Positions 1 to 14,074 are shown, counted from the first letter of the stretch. The stretch is DNA of 64,000 nucleotides from Penicillus capitatus (GCA_965649825.1 OZ287695.1:310001-374000); one strand, 5' to 3'. Notes: generated from the letters alone by a model not told the origin. Numbers and translations are program-made.

Positions 1-589
1 GCGACAAGTGCTAAGTGACAGAAATGTCACCATTACAGAGACGTCCCATCACCGTTCCCTCAGAATTGCGCCATTCTTTCACAGTTGGGATTCTCTTAAC
101 CTTATGTCTAAAGGTTGAAAACTTCAGCCGACGCTCGGCAACCATCGTCCGACCGTTATTGGCGAGGCAGGTCGGAGGCGAACACCCGTCGCGACCGATA
201 GTCAGCGCGCCAGGTGGTTACGCGTCGCTCTAACCGTTCGAGATGGCTGCGTCGAGCGACACGACGTCTGCATCTCTGACAAAATGTCAGAAATGTCAGA
301 GGATGGCTTCAAGTATTACAGAGCGATGGTATCTACAGGTTCACATTCGCGTATCTGTATGCATGCTGTGACTTGACATGTTAGTCATCTGCCTTTCAAA
401 GCTATAGAAAAGGAACCCTGAGGTGACGTAAACCTCACATAACTGCCCCTTCGGAGACAGAACCGTTGAAAATCTAGGCAGTCACGATTTGACAACCAGA
501 TCCTTCCGACAAGGAGATTTGTCTGATCTTATTTTTTTAAGATCTCGTTTTCTCTGTAAAACTTTCAGCGCGAAAACGAGAACGCGATG

Positions 590-1689
590 GAAACCTTGCC
601 GGTTGTATGGCACGGTCCGCACCTGGTCTTTTCCATCCCCTTCTCGTAGCTCCACCCCGTCGGACGGAACCCGACGACGTGCGAGTAGCGACTCCCGTAC
701 TTCAAAATCAGCTGCGCCGACTCCGCCGTCACCTTCCACAGGGCAATTTGCGAGCCAGCACCGTCTCGAGGCGGCCTACCCCCGCCGACTCACCGCATGG
801 AGGTTCGTCGCTTCGTGGTCTGCCGTGAGCAAGGCCCTGTCATCCGCGCCCAGATCCAAGCAGTTCATCGACGCCATCTTGTCGCGGCTGACGTAGACAG
901 GTTTCTTGGCTCTCCTCGCAACCTGCGGCGGAGATCCACTTTGGATTCGAGACAGAAGGAGCACGTGCCTCCAGAAATGTCGGTCTGGTCGTGTGGTACC
1001 ACTAGATGGTCCGCCGTCTGATTGTCGAGAAAGCGGTCGATCCTCCGATTCCGGTCGGTGTGATGGGCCGGCCTCGTTCGAGATATTACCCCGTTCTTCT
1101 TGTACGGAGCTTCGCCTGGACTCGTAGAGTCCGGCGTTGTGCACCACCTGTTCAGCACCCCGTTGAAACAGGTCGGAGGCGTCCACACTCCGGCGCTCTC
1201 CCTCTCGCCAAAACCTGAGTGCCGAGACGTAGGGCGAATCCCGGTACAACGGTGGGTATGGGACAGCTGCGTGCGAAACTGAGCGTTGCGCGTCGTCGTC
1301 AGCCAGGCTGAAAGTTGCACGAAATCCTTACAAAGCTAAACGAGTTCAGAGCGTCTCCCTTTATCCTCCCCGAACGATGTGACCCTCACAACTGGTGAGT
1401 CACCCACCGCCCCGAACCAGAGAATCATGGCCCCCCAACGCCTGAAACCCTCTTTGACAAGACTTGAAGCGCCCCTTGACGACGTGCACCCCTCGCCAGC
1501 CAGACAGTCCCCTCCCTCGTTTCCCCTCCCTATTCGGGCCAACATGATCCCATTATGGTGCCGTCTCTTCATCTTGCCGACAAGAAACAGGCGCTCCTTG
1601 CCGATGCCATAGGTTCCGAAGAGGAAGAGCGTCTCGGGATGGAAGATCTCGGCCAGAATGGCATCGCAGACGTACTGGACGACGTCATT
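590..1689 (-). pseudogene. SNM1: 5'-truncated SNM1/PSO2 (DCLRE1A-like) beta-CASP nuclease fragment, about 3 exons
   Basis: Exon 1689-1582 NDVVQYVCDAILAEIFHPETLFLFGTYGIGKERLFL; exon 922-794 VARRAKKPVYVSRDKMASMNCLDL...TNLHA; exon near 710-590 KYGSRYSHVVGFRPTGW. These follow, in order, the beta-CASP motifs of plant SNM1-type proteins. No HxHxDH MBL domain seen upstream and no YSEH motif seen downstream. Confidence 0.6.
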
Positions 1690-2442
1690 CTGTAAAAAAG
1701 AAGGCAAAACAGAGTTGTTTTTTTCTTCCTTTTAACGCCTGTTGAATTATTCACGACTCAACGAATCGGTTTGCGCGACGACAACTTCGTGCCGTTTAAG
1801 ATGACGTTAGGCTGTTTCTCTACGAGTAAGATGAAGATGACGAGGATCCCAAGACGCGCCGAGTATGACGATGATGACTTGAGTGCATGACTCGAACAAA
1901 TGTGCATGTTCAACGCACAAAAAGAAATATTAGAAAGGACATGGAGATAGCAACAGAACGGTGTCTATGCATGCACACAGAAGTGCAAACAATAACGTTA
2001 TCCGTTGACTGTAGGAACAAAGCAGAATTTCGCACGAGGCTAGCGAATGACGAAAACAAAGCTAATACGATAGTGAAATAGATTCTTACTTGGTTCTCGC
2101 TTTCTTGTAATCGCGGATTATCGAATGTTCCTGAGGAAATGACTGCTGAGATTTGCAGAACCAGAGACAAGAGCTCACATTCGCCGTTGATTGCAAATAT
2201 TCGAAGTTGAAGTGTTCTGCAAGATTGACGCACATCCATCACGCAGGCAATTAGTGGTTCATCAAATGTATCAGACGATTAACTTCATCAAGCCCATGAT
2301 ACGACACGCCAAAAATCCGTCCACTCTAGCTTGGAATCAGAGAAAGAGACAGTAGAATGGAGGTTTTATTGTTTATCATATCCATGGAACGGAGAGAACA
2401 TGCGGCTGATGCCTTCGTAATAAAAGATTCTGACAAAGGAAC

Positions 2443-5400
2443 TCATAAGCGACGTGTAGAAGCGTGCGTGCTTTCATTTGAGACCCGGTGACGAAAAAAG
2501 AAACGTGTGCTTTTTCTAACCTGTTCACTGGAACCACTGTTCTTTAGCAGTCGGGGAAACTCCGTATCAAACTCTTGTCGCAAATACCCAATAAACAAAT
2601 TGATTGCTTCCTTTTTCCATTTTCCAATCTCTTGCGAAAAAGTTGTATGCAACACAAAAGGGACTGTTTTGAATTTCGTAAGGGGATCTAGTGTGAATGC
2701 GTTTTGCATGAAGAAGAATAAAAATCCGCCCTTGTTAGTAGATGGAAACGAAATTGCCGAAGAAATAGCCTCTCTAAGTTTTACGCTTTCCAGTGCCTTT
2801 CTTGCTGCATTGCGAACGTCTTCATTTACGTCAGCGCACCCTCTCGCCAGCGTCGACAGATGCTCGCCGGCATGCTGCGGCGCAGCCACGCCAACGTCGC
2901 CGATGGCCTCCATCGCTGCCTGACGCACACGCCAGTGTTCGTCATCGCGCACCTTCGCTAGCGTCGACAGATTCTCGCCGGCGTGCTGCGGCACCGCCAC
3001 GACGACGCGGCCTATGGTCTCCATAGCCGCTTGACGCACACGCCAGTGTTCGTCATCGCACCCTCTCGCCAGCGTCAACAGATTCTCGACCGCGTGCTGC
3101 GGCGCAGCTACGCTAACGTCGCCAATGGCCTCCATTGCCGCTTGACGCACACGCCAGTCTTTGTCGCAGTACCCTCTCGTTAGCGTCGACAGATGCTCGC
3201 CGGCGTGCTGTGGCACCGCCACGACGACGCGGCTAATGGAGACCATAGCTGCCCGACGGACGTCTTTGCTTACATCAGTGCACCCTCTCGCCAGCGTCGA
3301 CAGATTCTCGACGGCGTGCTGCGGCGCAACTACGCTAACGTTGCCAATGGCCTCCATCGCTGCCTGACGCACACGCCAGTGTTCGTCGACGCACCCCCTT
3401 GTCAGCGCCGAAAGATCTATGTTGCCGTGCTGCGGTGCCGTAGCGACAACACGGCCAATGGCTTCCATAGCCGCCCGACGCACATCTTCGTCCTCGTCGG
3501 CGCATCCCTTTGTTAGCGCTAGCAGGTGCTTGCCGCCGTGCTGCGGTTCCGTTGCGACGACGCGACCGATAGCCTCCATCGCTGCCTGGCGCACGTGCCA
3601 GTCTTCGTCGACGCAACATTTCGCTAGCGTCAACAGATGCTCGCCGCCGTACTGCGACGCCGCGAAGCTGACGCGGCCGACAGTCTCCAAAGCTGCCTGA
3701 CGTACGCGCCAGTGTCCGTCGGCACACACTGTCGTCAGCCTCGGCAGATGCTTGCCGGCGTTCTGCGGGGCCGCCAAGACGACGTGACCTATGGCCTCCA
3801 GCGCCGCCCGACGCATGTCTTTGTCTTCGTCGTCGCACCTTTTCGCCATTGTCGATAGATGTTCGCCAGCGTACTGCGGCGCAGCCGCGGCCACACGGCC
3901 AATGGCTTCCATTGCTGCCTGACGCACGCTCCAGTCTTCGTCGCAGTACCCCTTCGCCAAAGTTGACAGATGCTCGCCGAAGTGCTGCGGCACCGCCACG
4001 ACGACGCGGCCAATAGCGTTCATAGCTGCCCGCCGTACGTCTTTGCTCGCGTCGACAGACCCCCTCGCCAGCGTCGATAGCAGCTCGTCGGCGTTTTGCA
4101 GCGCCGTAGCATCGACTCGGCCGATCGCTTCCATCGCTGCCCGACGCACGTATTTGCTTACGTCGGCGCACCTCATCGTCAGCGTCGACAAATGCTTGCT
4201 AGCGTTCTGTGGCGCCGCCACGACAACGCGGCTAATGGCTTCCGTTGCTGCCTGACGCACGCGCCAGTGTCCGTCCGAGCACCCCCTTGCTAGCGTCGAC
4301 AGATACTTGCCGGCGTGCGTCGGCGCGACCGCGACGACGCGGCCAATGGCCTCTATCGCTACCCGACGCACATGCCAGTCTTTGTTGTCGCACCCTTTTG
4401 CTAGCGTCGACAGATGATCTCCGACTTGCCGGGGCATTTGGTGTGCGATAAAACACAACCTTCTCGTGCACTCCCTTTTATCGCACCAACTATCGGGTGC
4501 TTTTGCTTTCTGAGAGAGGAATTGCCCTATTTCCTTGCTGTGCTTTGAAGAGTGTCTTGCGAGCTTTAGGACTTCTGCAATCTTAGTCGTCTCCATCCGT
4601 GTTAATTCCTGCGAATGTGCGAGCAGTTTCTTCACTTCATCGATCGTGTCATCGAGAACTAGAGGAAATCCTTCCAATACGCTGGGTAATTGTTGGAACT
4701 CCTTTACTACGATTTCACGGATAAGAATATCGTCGACGGTGCGCTCGAGCAGTTGGCGAGCGCTCTCGACGAGTTTCACTGCGTGCTCGTCGTTTAGAAC
4801 GTCTTCCATGTCGTTTTCATCTGTCTTCTCCAGGATTACCTCGAGAACTCGCATTCTCAAGAAAAGGTGTTGTATCCCGAGAACCTCGACGGGTTCTTCG
4901 TCGATTATCCAAAGCAACTCTACCAACGCTTGTTTGCTTCGACCATCCGCGAATGCATGCATTGCGAAGGTTAGCGTGAGTTTATGCTTCTCGTCATACT
5001 TCCCCCCGCGAATGAAATCGAGCACTCTCGTCTTCTCGTCCGATTCTTTTTGCTTCAACATTCTCGCGATGTATCTTCCAGCAAAGTACTCCTGGCAGGT
5101 CAAGTGAAGGAATTGATACTCCTTTCCCTCCAACACGAGCAGGAGGAGTCCACTCTCTTTGAAAGTCCGAGCCGCATTCTTCGACGTTGCGTGTTGCATG
5201 ACAAATCTCTCGTGGATGAGAATTCGACCCTTCCGAAGCGATTCAAAGGCTATCTTTTCTAAATCCTTGAAAAGTTCCGCTTTCTGTACGTTTCTCGCTG
5301 CTGGCTTCTTTTCGAATCTTTTCCAGACGTAGTTTGTCATGTCATTGTATATCTGAAACATGCTTGCTCTCTTCTTTTCTTCTTCGATCGCTGTACCGTG

Positions 5401-7821
5401 TTCTTTTGACAACGAACATAGAATGTGTGCAGTCACCGGAATGTGTGCCATCTCCCACATGGCGGTAGTGTTTTTGAGAGAACGGATGAGTCTCGGTGCT
5501 TCGTCCTCTGACAGTTTGCTCTTTATGTAATCTTGTAACTGTTGATCATCAAAGCCAAGACACTCCACTTGAATATCGGCACGCATCTCAATGTTTCTCA
5601 AGTTATATGGGCGAGAAAGCAACAGAATCTTGCATGTGCATCCCCAGATTTTAGATATAATCTCTTTCGAGTGGTCGTTTGCTTCGTCCAGTCCATCAAG
5701 CATGAGCAGCGTCGAAGGACAGTCGAGTTCGTCTTGTATCTGAGCGATGAGGTCTTTGCAGTCGAATTCATTATCTCTCTCAGAGTAGCATATCTGCGAA
5801 ATGACCGCTTCGAGACTTGTCCATTGTCGGCCCTTGTGGTCGGTACCGTTCAGGACTCGCACCGGGACGACGTAAACGGTCTCGAATTCTTGAGCCATTT
5901 CTCCCAAGGCCCATTTGTGCGCGACGACTTTGGTGATACACGTCTTACCGGATCCTGGGTTTCCATAGAGCAGCACCCTTCGAACTTCGCTTTCCCGATC
6001 TCCGGGTTTGAGAGATCGTCGCTTGAACAGATCGTCCAGAGCAATGGGTTTCGTGATCCTTGTCTTTTCGTAGTGTTCTTTCACTTGGTCTTCTCCACTT
6101 TCCGAGGACTTTCCCTCTCTTTCGTCCACTCGCCGAGTAACTTCTTCCGCTCCCTCTGTTGATTTGAACCCTGGCTCTTCGATAATATCCTCGGAGATGA
6201 CGACGTGGTGCTTCATGTCCTTGACATGCTTGGGGGATTCTTCTTCAAACAAGGACGTCACCTACGAAACAGAGCGCTCTTATCGTCTCGGATGCGTCTT
6301 TCGTGGCAGTACCGTTACGAAATTGTCTCGTAAGTATTTGCGTCTTAGAACTTCTCTTCTCGAATCCAAGATGCTCAGAGGAATGTATCCCACATCTCTG
6401 CCGACGTTGACGCACAAATCCTTCCGTTCCACTTCCGGCTTTTGCGGGGATCGAGCTGCGAGCTTGTCTTCTATGCTACTTCCACCCAACCATTCCGCTA
6501 AGGCTCTTTGGGCAGGACTCTTGTTAGATTGTTGTAGGTTTAACAATGCGTTCTTGATGTCTTCGTTGCATCGACCGATTCCGTGCAACTCATGCATGAT
6601 ATCAAGGAGTGCGATTAGGATATCGCTATCGTCAACCCACCCTTCGTTGGCAGCCTGCTGCGTTGCTAGATCAACCAGCTTCGCCGTGGCTGCGTCTCGG
6701 GCTTTTTCCGACGGACCTCCAAGTGCGAGTGTGCCCAGCTCACGCATAATGCCGTATCTCAAGGCCTTTGAGTCTTCTTTGTCATTCATGTTCTTTTGGT
6801 GCTCCATTGCCGCACTTTCGTGGGCTTCAAAAATCCCAAGCTTCGTTTCATCCTTTAATGCTTCTTGTCTTGCTATCATCAGATTCTTGAACGTGTCAAA
6901 CCACGGCTTTTTTGAAACTCCCGCGTCAGCAAAGGCAGCTCGAGCTTCTGTATATACATTCTGCAAAGTCGCAGGATCGATGTCACCTCTTGCCAGATTT
7001 CTGAGACAGTGAAAAACATACAGGAATACGCAAAACCCGCAGCCAATATTTTGCACTGCACGTTCAAGATACGAAGAAGAATCTTCCGTTCCGAGGCGTT
7101 CCACTGCTTGTCGAAGAGTCTTGAAATGGAAGCTGACCGGGTAGTACTTGCATGAGAGCTCCATCGCTCTTTCTTTTTCTGCAATGACACGACGAAGTTC
7201 AAGCTTCTCTTTTATGCAGACGCTATTGTGACTGATTTCTGAAAGTACCAAGAGAGTCTGACGAAGAGCGAAGAATGTGGCTTCGTGCTCTGCGAAGTTC
7301 TCTCTTGTAAGTCTTGGTTCTGGAGAAAGGCTGCTCAAGAGCTCCTTTGCTACCACGACCAGCTCTGCAACCCCACCGTATGTCGAAGGATCGACGTGCA
7401 GAAGCGCTAAGTACAGGGCAGCGGCCGCATTCTCTTGGAGAGATTCGCCCGGACGAATACACGAACGGAGCGAACAAACCATGTTCTTCAGGATGCTCTT
7501 GTCTTGCATGGAGCGGGACGTAATTCTGGCCAATTCTGCGTACTCCAGAACAGATTCGTGGTTAAGACATCCCTTGCTTTGTCTGACATAGTTGAGCAAC
7601 CAACCATGGAGGACTGCACGCTCGTCATCCGTCGCCGCGTTGTAGGCCAAGACAAGCGACTTGGTACTATCGATTCTGTACTTCTTCGCGACGCCGCGCA
7701 GAGCTTTCGGATTGTGTTGTTTAGCAGCTGCATTCAGTGTAATGGATTGACTACCTTCGCCAACAGTCGATGCCGGAGACCCTCCATTACTGGGTCCTTC
7801 GTCTGGAGCTTGAGCTTGCAT
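2443..7821 (-). CDS. NLR-like STAND protein 1: unknown N-terminal helical domain + NACHT NTPase + ~15 HEAT repeats (~1775 aa, 2 exons: 7821-6313, 6261-2443)
   Basis: Walker A GNPGSGKT (~5941-5964), Walker B LLMLDGLDE, FLHLTCQEYFAG winged-helix motif, 37-aa repeats. A phase-0 GT-AG intron at 6312-6262 (51 bp) joins the two long ORFs; the paralog has an intron at the same position. Confidence 0.88.
2800..4445 (-). repeat. 111-bp (37-aa) HEAT repeat array, 14 full + 1 partial unit
   Basis: Consensus LSTLARGCxDEDWRVRQAAMEAIGRVVxAAPQHAGEH, counted in ORF 2443..6261. Confidence 0.9.
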
Positions 7822-10800
7822 ATTCGGATGCAGCGCGCCCGACAAGGTCTTCGCTTGTAAGTTTTAACGGAACAGGTAGAGTTTCTTATCACGCACAAAG
7901 TTCGCAGAAAAGTTCGCAGTCGAGAAGATGATTCGAATTTTCTGGTCGGCGTAAATCGATTGTGATGGCGATTGATTTGATAGAACGACCCTAACTGAGA
8001 TCGACTCCATTCCTGGTTACAGCTTTCTGGCTGACGAACAGAACTTGCTGTCGCCTCACATTGCAAAGATTCTGACTAGAAAGATGACAAGCACGGTCCT
8101 TCTATCATATCAGAGGTACGGACGAAACCAAGGAGTTGTTGTTCAGGGAACCTTCAAGTCGTTCATCATCTCCCAATCGACCTCGTATAATCAGAGATTG
8201 ACTCTTTACCAGTCCCATCACGATCTGACGAGGTGTTGAGGTAATCTTGTAAACATTGACTGTCGACGAAGACTTGGAAAAGACCATCATCTCTTTGGCG
8301 TTTCGTCAGAGATATTGCACCACTACGTGGCATGACAGCGAAGGATAACACTATCCACTTCATCCTTCAACTGATGTAGCAAACAGAAGAAAAGAAGAGA
8401 TAGATATACACGCCCCGCCGACAACGATGTTTCCGATAGCGTACAGAGATGTAGAGAGTGTTATGTCTAGTATCTCTCAATGGAATTCATTCTTTAATCG
8501 ACGGGATTTCTGCTCATAGACCACCTATTGACACAGTAACCACCGAAAAGATGCCAAAAAATTCCTGTAAACGCTAAAAGCATCTAAAACCAGCCACACG
8601 TCCTGTCAAGGGGCTTCGACTTCCCTTTCACTAATCGAATGCCCAAAGAGGTCCATTTAAAGACAGCCAACATTCCGAGACACTTGTGAGCCGACAACAA
8701 ACAGAACAGACCCTTACTCTACACAGATTTCAAAAAAAAAACTTGAAAATGCGAATCAATCGCGACACAGACAGAGAATTCGAAATGGTTAGAGTAAAAA
8801 ACTCAAGAATGTACTGTAGAGCTTCATCGAATTCTTCTCTGCAAGAAAGAAGTGTTGTCCCAAACATTGGCCGTTACTGTAGGGCGTCATCGGAATCTGA
8901 TCGTATCAGTACTCCTGACTTGTGGTGGTCTTGTAACCGCAGAGCTAGAAGCTGGATAGTCCCAGCATCCGTATTGCTTCAGATGCACGATGAAACTTCA
9001 GTTCATTCGATTCCCGTCGTTTGCAGAGTCCACTTCTCTCTGAGTTTTGTTCTGAAATCATAGCGCTCTCTTGACAGTAATCGAAAATAGCCCGATGTAG
9101 ATTCCAACTCTAAGTGGCTTCATGCCGTGAATGTCCAGCAAGATGATGAACCACCTGTCACAGGATTGCGATATGTTTGTCATACACACTGTAGGCAGAT
9201 TGTTGAGACAGAGTGACATGTTGGAATGGATAATGACGACGTCATTTGGTGTTGGCATTGACGTCTTGAAGACTGCTTGACGCTTTCATCCAGACACATT
9301 GGAATTTTGACTATGGAGAGATGTCGATAGGGAACGATACTGGAGCGGCAGAATTATTAATTTGCGTAGGAACCTTTGATTTTCTGTCCGTCTCTAACAT
9401 TCTCGGTGCCAGATATCCATCATATCCATCACCCGCGGCATGGACCCACTATCCTCCACGCCTTCCCTCCACCATATCGACTGCTCGCATGCTTCAACTG
9501 GACATGTATTTTCTTTGTCTATGTACACAATTGAACCATATTTTGCTGTCAAGCTTCTCGCATCTAGAGGAACTATTACCTCGGAATAAAGGAGGGACGT
9601 CGTCACTTTAAACACGTACGACGCTTTGATGGCTGCGAGCATGGACGAACTCGCTTCACAACCAGATGCCTTCAACGAAGGAGCAAAAGGTTCTCCACCC
9701 CGAGTCCCCGCCCACCCTCCACACCTCGATATCGGACGGATGAAACCTTCAGCGCGTCTTGTGTGAGTAGTAAAAGGCGGAGGATGGAATGAAGAACGCG
9801 TCTGTCAAAGGGAAAGGCAATCCTCTCAATGTTTACGAAGAAGTCCGTGCAACTCAGCTTGATGGCTTCTTCTAAGATCACAAGCATAGGCTGCATTTTC
9901 ACTTTGAGATGCCTGTGTTCTCGTAGACAGAGTCGATGGGTGATTGGATGCGTTTCATCGTTCATCAAGATTGCAAACAATTATGGCAGCTGTCTCTTTA
10001 CTTTCCGCTAGCAGAGAAGCATTCGACTTTGCCCTCATACACGTCAGTCACATCTAATGCATTTGTTCTAAATGAGCACAGATACGCTCGCTACTCGTCC
10101 GTTATGGCTACAACTGGACTCAGAGAGGAGACTATATAGATCGGTAGCGTTCTTGCACACAGAGAATAAGAGTTGAAGTTTAAAACTTGCACAGGGTGAA
10201 GTGGAATGCATAGAGAAACACACGACTGACAGTGTGTTTAGATTGGCAGCAATGCTTGCTGGTCTGATGTGAATTTTGCAAAAACTCTAGGATATATGGC
10301 CCGGGTATGCGAAGGCGGAAAATTGTCGCTTTTGCAGGTTTGCACCTCTCTTCAAAAGGGTCATATCGCATCATGTGCCAGAGAGAGCATGGGAAAGTTG
10401 AAGGCGCAGGACCAGGCGTCGCATTAGAAATCGCCCACAGAATGCATAGGTGTGAACACACATAGGTAACCCCACCACACCGTACCAATGTTCAAATACT
10501 CAACTCTTGTACAGTTAAACTCTTATGCATGCAAACTTCTCACGAAAGTCACAAGATCCTTTCTCCGATGGAAACTGTCGGACGAACAGAAAAAGTTGAG
10601 AGTGGCGCATACACGCAAAATTTGATTTCGGATTGGGTCAGAGACAGAAAGACGTGTCCGAGCCACAGAGTGATAACACGTTACGTTTGCACGAATGAAT
10701 GTCTCTCTTCGAGAAAAGACTTCACCAGTAGTCGTGGCAACGCATCCCGTCCACTTTTGCACGTATCGACTCAAATGTTATGTATATGCAGAACTACATG

Positions 10801-11149
10801 TGTACTGTGATTTGCCTACATTCGACAGATTAAGCAAAACAGCAGGCCCATTGTTTAAGAGTGACAAAAAATCCATCCCACGGTTCTTGAATGAAGGTGC
10901 GTCTGACCTCGAAAGCCCGAAGACGAGTCGACGACCCGTGTTGTATCAGACGCATCCCGCTACATCGAGCGTACGTGTCCGTGACCCTCATGGAGTTTCC
11001 GAAAGTTAAACATCGCGTTGTGATCTAGGCGACGCGACTCGGCGCACTCCGCGCTAAAGCCCAACCATTGCACAACAAATACTGGAGTACCACCAAACGG
11101 TCGTCGTTCCTTAGGTTGACTAGTAATACGAATGCGTGAGAAAGAGGAG

Positions 11150-13420
11150 TTATCCTTCGGGAGACAGCAACTTTTCGAGAGCTGCCTTCGTTGCTTCGTC
11201 GCAGCTCGCCTGTTCACTTTGGCAACAGATTTCTGCAGGCGACTTCCCGTCTGTGTTCTTCGCCGTTTTGTCAACTCCGATTTCGACGAAAACCTGAAAA
11301 TCCGTCGACTCTCGCGTCTGATTCTTTGAGCGATGCTTTTTACTTCGGCCGAAGAAAGGTCTCCGCGATAGGCAGCCCAGTGCAACGGTGTGTTCCCTTC
11401 ACTGTCGGCCGTATTCGGATCTGCCGCGTTCTCGACAAGGACCTGAACACAGATCACGTTCCTATCTGTCTCGAGAAGCTGCAGCGAAGTTGACCTTGAC
11501 GGCATCGACGTTCCCTGTTGCGGAAGCCAGGTTTAGTGCCGTCCTGCCATCGTCGCTCAACAGATTGACGTCAGCACCGTAGTCCAGCAAAGCCTACGCA
11601 GCGACAGCGAAGTATTGAAGGACGGCGAAAGAGAGTCGAAGACAGTATTCAATTCGCATCAACTGCTTCCCACCTTCAAACACTTGAGCGCGTTCAGTGC
11701 CACTGCCCAGTGAAGCAGCGATGAGTGTTTGGACAGAAGAATGTCCGAGTCTTCATCCACCTGATCGACAATGGTGTTTACGGAAAAGCCATCTTCCAGA
11801 AGACGTCTGGCCTTCTCATCATCGTCTTCTTCGATGGCTTCGATCATTTCCTGTTTGTACAGAATCGAGACAATTTAGCTGTTGACTGCTTGATCTCACC
11901 TCACGTGTTCCTTCGAGTATGACAGCCTAAAGACACGAGAGAAGCGTCACAATACGAACAGCAATGGAGAGACTCGGCGTCCGTGGCAGACTTGAGAAAA
12001 GACAGCGTGAATCGATAAAACGAGTCCGATTCGGATGAAGGCGACGTCGAAAACGAGAAGATCAGATCCAATGAGAGACGTAGCCCAATGGAATGTGGAA
12101 TGTATAACTCACATGCGGTGTCTTCTTCGGCTCTGGTTTAGGTATCTTTATCTCTATTTTTCCTTGAATTCTGTCTATTACCCAGCTCCAGAAGAATGTT
12201 ATGTTTATATACACTGCCGGCAGTTCGGCGTTGCAGTTCTCCGGCCCGAAGGACGTGATACCAACCAGACTGTCCAGCTCGGGATCTCCGTCGGCAACAG
12301 AACCCAGAGGCGTGTCTGCCAATAGCAGCGGTCCTCCTGAGTCACCTGAAGAAACACACTTCTGATGGATGAAGATCCAGAAACGCATATCGCGGCGGTC
12401 GTGGTCTGCATCTTACCCTGACAGGTATCCATTTCGTAGAGACCTGCACAGATCATGTGATCTTTGATCGTAATGTCTTTGTCCCCGTCTGGTGACTCCC
12501 TCAACACCCGCTGGCAGTCATTCCTTGGGAGGTAGATCAGTTTATCTGCATAACGTAGAACGGAAGAAGGCTTTCCCTCTTCCGTGATTCCCCATCCTGC
12601 CGCTGTGAGATAGATCCCACGTGAAACACCGATGCTCTTCTCAGCGACCAAAGGACGTTTGAACTTGGCCTTCTTATTGAGCTTTATCAAACCGACGTCA
12701 AACCCATCCATTGTGTTTCCTGTCCAATAGTGATGTTTGATCACCTTCTTCGCTATAAACAGCTAACGACACAGAAGCAATTCTGTCAATGTCACCCAAT
12801 TCGGTCTTCGTCTGTACTTACGTTATCGCCATCACAAGCAGTACGCTTGTGAATCCCACAGCAGACAGCGTTGCCGCCGTCTGTTTTGATATCTTTATCC
12901 AAACAGTGAGCTGCCGTCAAAACCCATTTCGATCGAATGAGTGTCCCGCCGCACATGTGCTTTCTGTCTCCACGAGTGCGTATGCTACACATGTAAGGGA
13001 ACCTTTTCGTAGGAGCCTTGTGTCCTCCCTATCACCACATATTTCTGAAAAGCTTCGTTTTGGAACGCAATTGCAGACCACAATGTACGCTGTCATCTTA
13101 TTGTCAGCAGACTCCACTCGGTCAAGCTCGAGTCTGTCGAGCACGTCAGGAAGGAGGGAATTCAGAAAGCGTGTTTCGGGCTCCTGTGCAACAGGCCGAG
13201 CATGAAGGATCGGCATTTCAGACTCGGCGGCGGCGGAATATACCCGAACGTCTTGGTGCGGACGACCGTCCGAAGTATTGCGCCAGACCGCATCTAGGAT
13301 ACACAGCGCATCCGCCGTCTTCGAAAAGTTCACCGATGTAATGGCCTTACTCCAACTGCCGGTGCACGTGCGCGCTGTCAGGAAAAGCGTAAGCAGCGCG
13401 GTAAACCATGCGCATCTCAT
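11150..13420 (-). CDS. Trypsin-ankyrin fusion protein C (signal peptide, long pro-region, S1 protease, ~4 ANK units)
   Basis: MRCAWFTALLTLFLTA signal-like start; IV|GG split by an intron; TAAHC, GFDVGLIKL, DTCQ|GDSGGP. A 27-bp phase-0 linker exon (AVILEGTRE) leads into EMIEAIEE...; 99-bp ANK exons at 11593-11495 and 11442-11344; TAA at 11152-11150. Confidence 0.75.
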
Positions 13421-14074
13421 CTTATCGCTGCTGGAAATCGAACGGCAAAAACTCGAATGGATAACGCGTTGCCGCCGTAAGATTTTATCGACGTGGTACG
13501 ACGCGTTCGAACGGACTTACGCGGATGAAATGCAAACAATGCCGCGAAACAACATCCAATTCACAGTCGAACATTTGAAAGAGTGATGTAAGAGGAGAAC
13601 AACTCCTTGGCCAATGCCACGCACAAAGGGGGAGCCGTTTTCTGCGCGTCGTCGTTTCACTGGCAGCATCCCGATACGCCGCCATGATATCTGTCGATAT
13701 CTGGACGCCATGTAAATGCGTCCAGTAATGCATCGGCATCCAAACGCATGATTCGCACTGGGTTGTCGCTGGAAGTATTGAAGCCGTCGAGTCTTCTCTG
13801 TCGCAGGCGATTGTCGTGTATCTAGGCGTTCAAGTTCACGATATGCGCAACACTCCCGATCTCTGCTTTGGTCATGGTCGCATCGCCTGAAGCCCTGGAC
13901 TGGATCGTCAAGTGCGTAAACCATCGCAGTTGAATCCTCTTGTGTTGACCTCTAGATCGCAGAGGTCCTACGTCACGTATCGCTCGGTAGCGAAGCAGGT
14001 CTCGGGGAAGAAATTCCGCGAATACAAAGAAATCGCGCGGCGTCAGAGAGCACAGAAGCAGGCAGAGGCTCAGA

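Larger units (their letters stand above)
1735..8365 (-). repeat. Copy 1 of an inverted segmental duplication (NLR gene plus non-coding flanks), paired with 39165-47025
   Basis: Flank motifs shared with copy 2, e.g. upstream CCAGGAATGGAG and CTTCTCGACTGCGAACTTTTCTGCGAACTTTGTG; downstream TTGTTCGAGTCATGC and CGATTCGTTG. Boundaries are approximate, read by eye. Confidence 0.7.

Noticed and set aside
7864-7866. TAA/TAG-to-Gln genetic code (as in some ulvophytes) explaining the in-frame TAA
   Set aside because: Multi-kb ORFs contain no internal TAA/TAG, and conserved genes end at TAA or TAG (OSBP, NOX, MOG1).
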